Source: an uncultured Alphaproteobacteria bacterium (lineage in GTDB: Bacteria > Pseudomonadota > Alphaproteobacteria > HIMB59 > GCA-002718135). Taken from it: a stretch of 64,000 bases of DNA. Location of the stretch: assembly GCA_902576125.1 (NCBI GenBank), contig CACGUF010000003.1, forward strand, positions 35,311-99,310, given 5' to 3'. Within the stretch, counting starts at the first letter, position 1; each line of letters opens with the position of its first letter. Below are positions 16,827 through 25,627 of this stretch, piece after piece. Both the position numbers and the translations under genes were made by a program. The notes under the pieces were generated by a model that made no database searches, was not told the DNA's origin, and was given only the letters and a program-made list of their open reading frames with translations.

Positions 16827-17870
16827 CTAAATGCTTAATGGTTGTTGTTGGGTTATGCAATGAATATTTCCACCACCTAGAGAAATATCTATTCCATTAA
16901 TTGCTATAACTTTTCTTTTAGGAAAAATTGATTGAATAATATACTTAGCATTTCTATCAGCTTTTTCATCATCAAAACTGGGCATTACTATTCCATTATT
17001 CGCAATATAAAAGTTTATATAAGAGCTTGGTTCATTATCATTAGGTATGAGTCTTTTATAAGACATTTCAATTTCTATAATTTCTAATGGAAGGTTATTA
17101 GCATTTCGAGATGTTTTTAATATTTCTAAATTTTCATTTATCTTTTCATAAAAAGGATCTTGTTTATCATAACAGGATAAGGCTAAAACTTTAGATTGAT
17201 CAACAAAACATGCAATATTATCAACATGTCCATCAGTTCCTTCATCTGTACCATGTTTTAGCCAGATAATTTTTTTTATATTCAAGTATTTTTTTATGTT
17301 ATCTTCTATTTCTTCTTTTGTAAGATCAGGATTTCTATTTTTATTTAAAAGGCATTGCTCAGTTGTGATTAATGTACCTGCTCCATCAACGTGTATGGAC
17401 CCACCTTCAAGTACCATTGGTGATTTAAAATATGTTGCGGAACTTTCATTTATCATAAATTTAGCAATTTTATTATCAGAGTCATGTGGTGAAAATTTAC
17501 CCCATCCATTAAACTCCCAATCAACACCTCCTAATTTTTTTTGATCATTTAGGAGAAATGTAGCTCCAGAATCTCTAGCCCAACAATCGTCATTTTGAAA
17601 TTCATAGATATTTATTGACTCATCAAGTAATTTCTTGGCAGTTTCTATATCATGAGGATTAACAATCATTTTTACTTTTTCAAAATTTGATATTGCTTTA
17701 GCGACTTCTGCCCATTTATATCTTCCTTTTTCAAAATCAAAATGTGACCAACTTTCAATTTCTTGATATGAATTTTCATTACTAAACTCATGAGGCCACT
17801 GCATCCAACAACATTCATGAGGATACCACTCTGGAGGCATAAAAAAATTAAATTGTTGAGGATATTTCAT
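16827..17870 (-). CDS. aguA: Agmatine deiminase
   Basis: 347 aa. Motifs: FFMPPEWYPHECCWMQWP, DCWARDSG, GGSIHVDG, HVDNIACF, and the C-terminal catalytic-Cys block GGGNIHCITQQQP. Confidence 0.9.
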   Translation of the reverse strand: MKYPQQFNFFMPPEWYPHECCWMQWPHEFSNENSYQEIESWSHFDFEKGRYKWAEVAKAISNFEKVKMIVNPHDIETAKKLLDESINIYEFQNDDCWARDSGATFLLNDQKKLGGVDWEFNGWGKFSPHDSDNKIAKFMINESSATYFKSPMVLEGGSIHVDGAGTLITTEQCLLNKNRNPDLTKEEIEDNIKKYLNIKKIIWLKHGTDEGTDGHVDNIACFVDQSKVLALSCYDKQDPFYEKINENLEILKTSRNANNLPLEIIEIEMSYKRLIPNDNEPSSYINFYIANNGIVMPSFDDEKADRNAKYIIQSIFPKRKVIAINGIDISLGGGNIHCITQQQPLSI

Positions 17871-19207
17871 TAATATTTATCAATATATTTATAGTAAGCT
17901 AAGGCTAATTTTAAGTAAAATAATCTTAGTTTAGGTAGAGGAAATTTACTTGGTAAACCTTTATAAATTTTAGATATTTTTAAATCTTTACTATTCGATA
18001 CAATCAATTTTGCAAGCTCGTTACCTGACCACGGTGCTGTGTTAACTCCATTTGCCTGATAACCAAAACTATAATATATTTCATCATCATCAATTTTCCC
18101 AATTGAAGGTGAAAATTTATTTGTCACTGCAACAAGCCCTCTCCAATGAAAATCAATATTTACATTATTCCACTTAGGAAAAACCTTTTTCATTTGTTGC
18201 TCCATATTTTTAGATTTCTCTAATGAAGATTTTTCACTGCCAATCAAATCACCTCTTGCTCCAAATAAAAATCTATTATCCTTTAATAACCTATAATAAA
18301 AAAGAAGATTTCTTATATTTAGGACTGGATTGTTTGTAATAAAATTATGAGATTTAATTTCTTCACTTGTAAGTGGTCTTGTAATAATAATATTTGATAT
18401 TACTGGCAAAATCATATTATTTAGTTTTGGAAAGATATCATCTTTATAAAAACCGTTAGTTGCCATAACAATTTTATTTGCTTTTACAATGCTTCCATTT
18501 GAAATTATTTTGAACTTTCCTTTAAACTTTTCAATTTTTGTAACTTTACTTTTTTGAAAAATTTTAACTCCTGAATTATTGGCAACATTGGCAATACCTA
18601 GTAAAAATTTTAAAGGATTAATAGCAAATCCAGGTTTATAAGACATAGCTCCAAATTGCTCATTACCACCGTGACCAATTTCATTAAACTCTTCTTTAGA
18701 AAAAACTTTTGTTTCAATACCAAATTCTTTTTTGTATGTTGTAGCTTCTTCTTTTATCCCTTCAAAATAACTTGGATGAGGAGCTACTTCATAGTTACTA
18801 TCACCTGTTAAATCACAATCTATGTTGTATTCTTGAATTATATTTTTTGTAAAATTTGAACCCTCAATAGTGTTTTGAAAAAATTTTTTTGTTTCATTTT
18901 TTCCATATTTATTAAACATTTTTTTAACAGACATTTTTGCTGGAGGAATACAGCAAAATCCTGCATTTCTTCCTGAAGAACCCCAGCCAATATGACCTGC
19001 CTCAAGTAATACTACATCTTCATTATATTTTTTCGCTAATGATAATGCGCATGATAAACCAGTATATCCTCCACCAATTACAGCTACATTTGTATTAATG
19101 TCTTTATCTAAAGTTTTATATTTATCTTTTGTGTCTACTGTAGATTCCCAGTAACTATTTACAGGATTTTCAAATTTATAAATGTCATCGTGATATAAGT
19201 TAGCCAT
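17870..19207 (-). CDS. FAD-dependent oxidoreductase (DAO family), gamma-glutamylputrescine oxidase (PuuB)-like, copy 1
   Basis: 445 aa. Motifs: VAVIGGGYTGLSCALSLAKK and EAGHIGWGSSGRNAGF. There is a 1-nt overlap with the aguA start. Confidence 0.8.
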   Translation of the reverse strand: MANLYHDDIYKFENPVNSYWESTVDTKDKYKTLDKDINTNVAVIGGGYTGLSCALSLAKKYNEDVVLLEAGHIGWGSSGRNAGFCCIPPAKMSVKKMFNKYGKNETKKFFQNTIEGSNFTKNIIQEYNIDCDLTGDSNYEVAPHPSYFEGIKEEATTYKKEFGIETKVFSKEEFNEIGHGGNEQFGAMSYKPGFAINPLKFLLGIANVANNSGVKIFQKSKVTKIEKFKGKFKIISNGSIVKANKIVMATNGFYKDDIFPKLNNMILPVISNIIITRPLTSEEIKSHNFITNNPVLNIRNLLFYYRLLKDNRFLFGARGDLIGSEKSSLEKSKNMEQQMKKVFPKWNNVNIDFHWRGLVAVTNKFSPSIGKIDDDEIYYSFGYQANGVNTAPWSGNELAKLIVSNSKDLKISKIYKGLPSKFPLPKLRLFYLKLALAYYKYIDKY

Positions 19208-19212
19208 AAGTT

Positions 19213-19241
19213 AGTATAAATTTCATTGAATGCTTATTCAA
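19213..19241 (-). promoter_or_regulatory. Candidate promoter for the puuB-like/aguA operon: -35 TTGAAT (19241..19236), 17-nt spacer, -10 TATACT (19218..19213), 5 nt before ATG 19207
   Basis: Read directly on the minus strand. The geometry matches the 14332-14360 promoter. The -35 hexamer is the right half of the palindrome. Confidence 0.4.
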
Positions 19242-19242
19242 T
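19225..19242. promoter_or_regulatory. 18-bp palindrome ATTGAAT-gctt-ATTCAAT; candidate TetR-family operator (core TTGAAT-N4-ATTCAA, 19226-19241)
   Basis: This is a perfect 7-bp inverted repeat with a 4-nt spacer. It lies in the 53-bp divergent region between the puuB-like gene (start 19207) and the Rieske oxygenase gene (start 19261). A TATAAT at 19251-56 lies 4 nt before ATG 19261. Confidence 0.5.
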
Positions 19243-19260
19243 CAATATTATATAATAGAT

Positions 19261-20493
19261 ATGAATAATACTGATCTAAAAAACTTAATTCACAAGCAAA
19301 AACTTAATTTTTCTCTAGACCAGGAATTTTATGTAAATCAGGATATTTTTGATTTAGATATTAAAAATATTTTTTCTAAACAATGGGTTTTTGTCGGTCA
19401 TATTTCAAGGATACCAAATCTTGGTGATTACTTTCTTTTTAATATTGGAAAAGAATCAATAATTATTATTCGTGATAATGATGATTCAATACATGCTCAC
19501 TACAATGTGTGCCGTCATCGTGGCTCTCAAATATGTTTAGAAAACGAAGGTAATGCAAAAGTTCTAACTTGCCCTTATCATGCTTGGTCATACAATTTAG
19601 ATGGGTCTTTAAGAGGTGCTAGACTCATGGAAAAAGGTTTTAATAAAGATGAATGGCATTTACATAAATGTCATTCAAAAATATTTGAAGGTTTAATATT
19701 TATTAATTTATCTGAAAACCCAAATGATTTTGAGGAATTTATTGCTCCAACTAAAAAATTTATACAATTTCATGGACTTTCAGATGCCAAAATTGCTCAC
19801 AGACAGTATTATCCTACAAATGGGAATTGGAAACTTACTCTCGATAATTTTCATGAATGCTATCATTGTCAGCCATCTCACCCAGAATACTGCCAAGTAC
19901 ATGATAAAGATTATATTATAGCTTATGGTGCGGGAAGTAATACGGGACCTTCATCTGATAAATTTGATAAGATTTTAAATGACTGGAATAAAAAAGTAGA
20001 AAAAATGGGTCATCTTACTGGTGAATATACAGAGAGAGAATTTAATGATTATTCTAGAAGTGCTGAAAGAACACCATTGAAAGAAGGTATGTTTACAGAA
20101 ACAAAATCAGGAAAACCTGCTTCTATCTTAATGGGTAATTTTACAGATTATGATTGTGGTTATACATCTGTTGGAACTTCTCCATTTAATAGTCTTCTTA
20201 TGTGTAATGATTTTGCTACTCTCTTTACATTTATTCCGGTGAACCCATTATATACTCAGGTAGAATTAATGTGGTTGGTTCATAAAGATGCTGAGGAAGG
20301 AAAAGATTATAATCTTGAAGAAATGAAGTGGATGTGGGATGTAACTACAATTGCAGATAAAAGAATTATAGAAAATAATCAAAAAGGTGTTCTATCAGAT
20401 AAATATGTACCTGGACCTTTATCTCAAATGGAAAAAGGATTAGAGAAATTTAAATCTTGGTATTTAAGACACTTAGAAAATAGTATTAGTTAA
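19261..20493 (+). CDS. Rieske [2Fe-2S] non-heme-iron oxygenase, alpha (catalytic) subunit
   Basis: 410 aa. The Rieske motif is CRHRGSQIC-x11-CPYHAWSY (CxH-x17-CxxH). The catalytic-domain iron motif is LDNFHECYHCQPSHPEY. No beta subunit, ferredoxin or reductase gene lies nearby. Confidence 0.85.
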   Translation: MNNTDLKNLIHKQKLNFSLDQEFYVNQDIFDLDIKNIFSKQWVFVGHISRIPNLGDYFLFNIGKESIIIIRDNDDSIHAHYNVCRHRGSQICLENEGNAKVLTCPYHAWSYNLDGSLRGARLMEKGFNKDEWHLHKCHSKIFEGLIFINLSENPNDFEEFIAPTKKFIQFHGLSDAKIAHRQYYPTNGNWKLTLDNFHECYHCQPSHPEYCQVHDKDYIIAYGAGSNTGPSSDKFDKILNDWNKKVEKMGHLTGEYTEREFNDYSRSAERTPLKEGMFTETKSGKPASILMGNFTDYDCGYTSVGTSPFNSLLMCNDFATLFTFIPVNPLYTQVELMWLVHKDAEEGKDYNLEEMKWMWDVTTIADKRIIENNQKGVLSDKYVPGPLSQMEKGLEKFKSWYLRHLENSIS

Positions 20494-21854
20494 ACATTTA
20501 GAAGTAGATATTCTCTTTCCCATGAACTAATTACCTTTAAGTATGCTTGATTTTCAACTCTTCTAATTGCTGCTATTGTTCTAATAAATTTTTGATTAAA
20601 TACTTCATTAATTTGTTCATCATTTTCAAAGAACGAAATTGCTTCTTCAACATTTTTAGGTAACGTACTTTTATCTTTGCCAAAGACACTTTTTTTTGTT
20701 TCAGGGGTTGGTTTAAGTTTATTTTTTATACCAAGATAACCAGCAGCTAAATTAGCTGCAAAAACTAAATAAGGATTTGTATCTGCTCCTGATATTCTAT
20801 TTTCGATCCTCATACTATGTTCTTCATTAGAAGGAATTCTAAAACCACATGATCTGTTAGCTAGTCCCCAATTTGTATTTCGTGGAGCATCCCAAGTTGC
20901 AAATAATCTTCTGTAGGAATTGATATTAGGCGCATGTATTGGCATAAGATTTGGCGTGTAAGTTTGAAGTCCAGCAATATAGTTTTTCATTAAATTTGAA
21001 ATTGTGCTTGTTTGACTAAAAAAAACATTTTTTTTATTTTTTTTTCTAAGTAATGATTGATGTAAATGTAAAGAACTTCCTGGTTGATTTTCCATAGGTT
21101 TTGCCATGAAAGTTGCATAGAGTTTATGTTTTATAGCAGCTTGTCTTAGTGTTCTTTTAAATAAAAATACTTGATCTGCTAATTCAAGAGGGTCACCATG
21201 TTGAAAATTGATTTCCATTTGAGCTGAACCACTTTCATGATTAATTGTATCAATTTCTATATTTTGATTTTCACAGAAATTATAAACATCCTCAAATAAA
21301 TTATCGAATTCATTTACTGCGTCGATCCCAAATGCTTGTTTGCCTGTTTCTTCTCTTCCTGATTGCCCAATCGGCACCTCTAACGGATAGTCAGAGTCTG
21401 GATTTGGCTTAACTAAATAAAATTCTACTTCTGGTGAGACAATAGGTTGAAAACCTAATTCATCGAAAAGCTTTAAAATTTTTTTAAGTACTGATCTACT
21501 TGAGTTTATAACATAAGTACCATTGAGATTTACAGCATCACAAATTACTTGAGCTGTTGGATCTTCATACCAGGGTACACTTCGGATTGTATTAAAATCA
21601 GGCCTTAAAATTACGTCAATATCTGTAGGATTGTAGACATCTATTGGTAATTCTTCATCTTCAGTAGCATATCCTCCAGAGATAGTTTGAATAAAAACTG
21701 ATTGAGGTAACCTATGACTATCGTTTTCCAAACCTTGAATAAACTTCTTAGTAGGCAGGATTTTTCCTCTTGCGATACCCCCTAAATCAGGAACTAAACA
21801 TTCTACTTCAGTAATTGAGTTATCACTAAGCCATTTTTCAAAGTTTTCTTTCAT
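20490..21854 (-). CDS. Glutamine synthetase-family ligase (gamma-glutamyl-amine synthetase-like), copy 2
   Basis: 454 aa. Motifs: GSSLHLHQSL, NSYRRLFATWDAP, RIENRISGADTNPYLV. It has a 4-nt convergent overlap with the Rieske gene. Confidence 0.85.
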   Translation of the reverse strand: MKENFEKWLSDNSITEVECLVPDLGGIARGKILPTKKFIQGLENDSHRLPQSVFIQTISGGYATEDEELPIDVYNPTDIDVILRPDFNTIRSVPWYEDPTAQVICDAVNLNGTYVINSSRSVLKKILKLFDELGFQPIVSPEVEFYLVKPNPDSDYPLEVPIGQSGREETGKQAFGIDAVNEFDNLFEDVYNFCENQNIEIDTINHESGSAQMEINFQHGDPLELADQVFLFKRTLRQAAIKHKLYATFMAKPMENQPGSSLHLHQSLLRKKNKKNVFFSQTSTISNLMKNYIAGLQTYTPNLMPIHAPNINSYRRLFATWDAPRNTNWGLANRSCGFRIPSNEEHSMRIENRISGADTNPYLVFAANLAAGYLGIKNKLKPTPETKKSVFGKDKSTLPKNVEEAISFFENDEQINEVFNQKFIRTIAAIRRVENQAYLKVISSWEREYLLLNV

Positions 21855-21921
21855 AGGATATATAAAATTAGAGTTATTCTTGTTTAGAGGAATAAATTAG
21901 ATAAAGACATATATATTTTTT

Positions 21922-23238
21922 ATGTTTAACAAAAATAGAACCTATGAACAACATGATAATGAAAAAATTAGTTTTTATAAGAGTTCCGTTGAAGATTTAA
22001 ACTCTCAAGATCAATTAACTTCTGACATAGATGCAGACATATGTATTATTGGGGGAGGATTAACTGGGATTTCAAGTGCCATTAATCTAAGTAAAAAAGG
22101 ATATTCCGTTATATTATGTGAAGCTAGAAAAATAGGGTGGGGAGCCTCTGGAAGAAATGGAGGACAGCTAGGTATTGGTATGAGAAAAGACCAATATACA
22201 ATCGAAAAAAAATTAGGGCTTAGACATGCGAAGGAACTTTGGAATTTAGGACTTGAAGCTGTTGATGATGTTAAAAATCTTATTAGAGAAAATGAAATTA
22301 ATTGTCACCTAATAAATGGAGTATTATCCGCGGCATGTTTTGAAAAAGATATTGAGGAATACAAATTTGAAATCGAGCATATGTCTAAGTATTATAATTT
22401 CGAAGGATATAGGTTTTATGATAAGTTGGAGATTAGAAAAGAAATAAATTCAAAAATGTATCTTGCTGGTATGCTTAATTCAGGAAGCTATCATTTAAAT
22501 CCTCTCAAGTTAACAATTGGCTTAGCCAAAATTGCAAAAAACAAAAATGTTAAAATTTTTGAAAATACACCTATAGAAAAAATATATGAAAAAAGTGATA
22601 GAGTTCACGTTGTATCTAAAAAAGGGTTGATTAGAGCTAATAAAGTTGTGGTTGCTTGTAATGGTTATTTAGATTCTATTTTAGGTTCTAAGAAAAATAA
22701 ATTTATACCAATTAATAATTACGTTGTTGCTACTGAACCTTTAGGTGAAAAGGAAGCTAGAGAAATAATAAAAAATAATTATGCAGTTTGTGATACTAGA
22801 TTTATTATTGATTATTATAGATTTTCTGAAGATTGGAGAATGATTTTTGGTGGAGGAGAGACATTTACATCTAATTTCGTAAAAAATGCGAAATCATTTG
22901 CCTCTAACAGAATGGTAAAAGTTTTTCCTCAACTGAAAAATATTAAAATTGATTATTCTTGGGGTGGAACTCTAGCAATTACTGTTAATAGATTGCCTCA
23001 TTTTGGAACACTAATGAACAATAAAGTTTCTTATGCTTTTGGATATTCTGGGCATGGATTAGCCTTAAGTGTACTTGCAGGTAAATTAATTGCAGAAAAT
23101 ATCAATGGGCATCCTGAAAGGTTCAAATTTTTTAGTGATATTAATCATATGTCAATTCCTTTTGGAAGCATATTTAGACGACCAATTTATTCTAGTGCAA
23201 TTTTATATTATAAAATTAGAGATTATTTAAATAGCTAA
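21922..23238 (+). CDS. FAD-dependent oxidoreductase (DAO family), PuuB-like, copy 2
   Basis: 438 aa. The sequence DICIIGGGLTGISSAINLSKKGYSVILCEARKIGWGASGRNGGQLG closely follows the E. coli PuuB N-terminal pattern as I remember it. Confidence 0.8.
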   Translation: MFNKNRTYEQHDNEKISFYKSSVEDLNSQDQLTSDIDADICIIGGGLTGISSAINLSKKGYSVILCEARKIGWGASGRNGGQLGIGMRKDQYTIEKKLGLRHAKELWNLGLEAVDDVKNLIRENEINCHLINGVLSAACFEKDIEEYKFEIEHMSKYYNFEGYRFYDKLEIRKEINSKMYLAGMLNSGSYHLNPLKLTIGLAKIAKNKNVKIFENTPIEKIYEKSDRVHVVSKKGLIRANKVVVACNGYLDSILGSKKNKFIPINNYVVATEPLGEKEAREIIKNNYAVCDTRFIIDYYRFSEDWRMIFGGGETFTSNFVKNAKSFASNRMVKVFPQLKNIKIDYSWGGTLAITVNRLPHFGTLMNNKVSYAFGYSGHGLALSVLAGKLIAENINGHPERFKFFSDINHMSIPFGSIFRRPIYSSAILYYKIRDYLNS

Positions 23239-23239
23239 T

Positions 23240-24652
23240 TTAAGCATCAAAAATTTTTCCCGGATTAAGAATATTTTTTGGATCAAAAACTTTTTTTAAC
23301 TTTTTCATTATATCAATTTCATTTTTTGATTTAAATTTTATTAAACTATTTTTTTTAATTTGACCTATGCCGTGTTCAGCACTAAAACTTCCTCCAAATT
23401 TTTCAACTAATTCATTTACATAAGAATAAATTTTTTTTCTTAATATTAAGTAGGTGTCATGTGAAACATCTTTTGGTAAAATCATGTTATAATGAATATT
23501 TCCATCGCCAATATGCCCAAAAGGGTGTAATTTAATTTTTGAATTCATTTTTTTTATATTTTTTTCTGCAATATTAAAAAAATCTATCATTTTATCTAGA
23601 GGGACAGAGATATCATTAGTAACAATTTTTCCTTGCATTTTATAAGCTTCTACTAAATCATCTCTAAATTTCCAAATTTTGTTTTCTTGATTAATGGAAT
23701 TAGGAATTAAGATTTCAATTATATTTTTATCTATTAGTTTAAAATTTTTTTCAAAAATATCTTGAAATGAAGCTTTATCTTCATAAAGATTTAATCGATA
23801 AATAACATACCAAGGCAATTGTTTTTCAAAAAAGTGTTTTTTTAAAAAATTATTTTTAATACATACTTCAAAAGATAAATTTGGAATTAATTCAGAACTT
23901 TCAAGTTTATCATAATAAAGTTCTCTAATTTGATTAAATGATTTTATACACGTTTTAAGATTTTTATATGAGACAAAAAAAGTAAAATTATTTTGAGGTT
24001 TTGGAAATATTTTAAGCAATACTTTAGTTATCAAACCAAGAGTTCCTTCAGAATTACAAATAATAGATTTTAAATCATAACCTGTATTATTTTTTTTCAT
24101 TTTAGATAATGATGATATAACTGATCCATCACCGGTTACAATCTCAAGGCCAATAATATTCTCTTTCATGCTACCATACTTTAGAGCATTAATACCTCCT
24201 GCATTTGTAGCAATATTACCACCAATCATACATGATCCTGAAGAAGATAAATCAATTGGAAAATAATAATTTTCCTTACCCAGATATTCTTTTATATCAG
24301 CTAATATTGAGCCTGACTCAACTAGTATTGTTAAGTTACTTTTATCAATTTCTAATATTTTATTAAGTTTTGAAAAATTAATTATAATCTCTTTATTATT
24401 GTAAGTTGGTACTGATGCCCCGGTTAAACTTGTATTACCCCCTTGAGGAACAATTTTAATATTTTTTTTATAACAATATTTTACAATTTTTTTTATTATA
24501 TTCAGGTTATCAGGGAATAGCACACATAAACTCTTATTATTATAAAAACCTCTCCAATCATTATTATATTTTGTTAAATCTTCAGTATTAGTGATTATAT
24601 TTTTTTTGCCAACTATTTTTGTTAAATCATTAAATAATTGATTAGTCTTCAT
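23240..24652 (-). CDS. FAD-linked oxidase (GlcD / D-lactate or D-2-hydroxyacid dehydrogenase-like)
   Basis: 470 aa. It has an FAD_binding_4-type N-terminal half (PQGGNTSLTGASVP, NAGGINALKYGSM) and a C-terminal FAD-oxidase domain (HIGDGNIHYN, SAEHGIG). Confidence 0.8.
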   Translation of the reverse strand: MKTNQLFNDLTKIVGKKNIITNTEDLTKYNNDWRGFYNNKSLCVLFPDNLNIIKKIVKYCYKKNIKIVPQGGNTSLTGASVPTYNNKEIIINFSKLNKILEIDKSNLTILVESGSILADIKEYLGKENYYFPIDLSSSGSCMIGGNIATNAGGINALKYGSMKENIIGLEIVTGDGSVISSLSKMKKNNTGYDLKSIICNSEGTLGLITKVLLKIFPKPQNNFTFFVSYKNLKTCIKSFNQIRELYYDKLESSELIPNLSFEVCIKNNFLKKHFFEKQLPWYVIYRLNLYEDKASFQDIFEKNFKLIDKNIIEILIPNSINQENKIWKFRDDLVEAYKMQGKIVTNDISVPLDKMIDFFNIAEKNIKKMNSKIKLHPFGHIGDGNIHYNMILPKDVSHDTYLILRKKIYSYVNELVEKFGGSFSAEHGIGQIKKNSLIKFKSKNEIDIMKKLKKVFDPKNILNPGKIFDA

Positions 24653-25565
24653 ATGCAGCTCTTTTAAGTCTATCGTTTATAGTTTTACCTAAACCATCAT
24701 TGGGAATTGGAGCAACTGCAATTCCATCACACATACTTTTATCTAATATATTAAGAAAATGATAAAAATTATAACTTGCTTCAATTAAATTCCCATTTAT
24801 GCTCAAATTAAGATTATGAATATTTGAATTTAATTTATTTTTTCCAAAATTTAGTAAAGATTCATTATCAAATACATTTTTGACATTTATTCTAATAGCT
24901 TTATTTGGTGAATAATGTTTGAATTGATTTCCTGGTGATAATTTTGACTCTATTGTTTCAATTTTGTAATCATTAAACTTATTTTTGATTTCTTCAATTG
25001 TTAGACTACCTAACCTTAATATTTTGCATCCTAAATTTGTTGTTTGAATAACTGTAGACTCTAATCCGAGGACTGAAGATCCACCATCAATATAAAAGAT
25101 ATTTTTAAGTTGATTATCTAGGTCATTTATTGAAGTTATGGATGTTTTTGTTGCAATGTTAGCACTTGGAGCAGCTATTGGAAAATCTAATTTTGTCAAA
25201 AGATCTAATGCTATTTTGTTATTAGGTATTCTACAACCTACAAGATTTTTATTATTAGACAACAATGTCGTAATGTTGGATTCTTTTTTTTTCTCTAAAA
25301 TGAGTGTCAGGGGGCCTGGCCAAAAAGTTTTGGCTAATTCGTAATCTTTTTCTTTTAATACAAAATTTTTTTCAATTTCTTTAATATTTGGAAAATGACA
25401 TATTAAAGGATTATTATAGGGTCTTTTTTTTACATCATAAATTAATCTAACTGCATTTTCATTTTTTGCATTTGCCCCAATCCCATATACAGTTTCTGTG
25501 GGAAAAATAACAAGTAGACCCTCAAAAAGTCGTTTTTTTGCTTCATCTATAGTTTTTTGATGCAT
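24642..25565 (-). CDS. tsaC: L-threonylcarbamoyladenylate synthase (Sua5/YwlC type, with C-terminal Sua5 domain)
   Basis: 307 aa. Motifs: FPTETVYGIGANA, RPYNNPLICH, SANIATKTS. Confidence 0.85.
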   Translation of the reverse strand: MHQKTIDEAKKRLFEGLLVIFPTETVYGIGANAKNENAVRLIYDVKKRPYNNPLICHFPNIKEIEKNFVLKEKDYELAKTFWPGPLTLILEKKKESNITTLLSNNKNLVGCRIPNNKIALDLLTKLDFPIAAPSANIATKTSITSINDLDNQLKNIFYIDGGSSVLGLESTVIQTTNLGCKILRLGSLTIEEIKNKFNDYKIETIESKLSPGNQFKHYSPNKAIRINVKNVFDNESLLNFGKNKLNSNIHNLNLSINGNLIEASYNFYHFLNILDKSMCDGIAVAPIPNDGLGKTINDRLKRAAYED

Positions 25566-25627
25566 TTTTTTTTAAAATTTGTTTCATATAGTACTAAAAT
25601 TGTTATTATCTTAGTAAAAATTTTATC

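Noticed and set aside
21874-21895. An inverted repeat TTATTC-N10-GAATAA lies in the divergent region between the second GS-like gene and the second PuuB-like gene.
   Set aside because: The arms are only 6 bp of AT-rich sequence with a long spacer. It is unrelated in orientation to the TTGAAT-N4-ATTCAA core. A chance occurrence is plausible.
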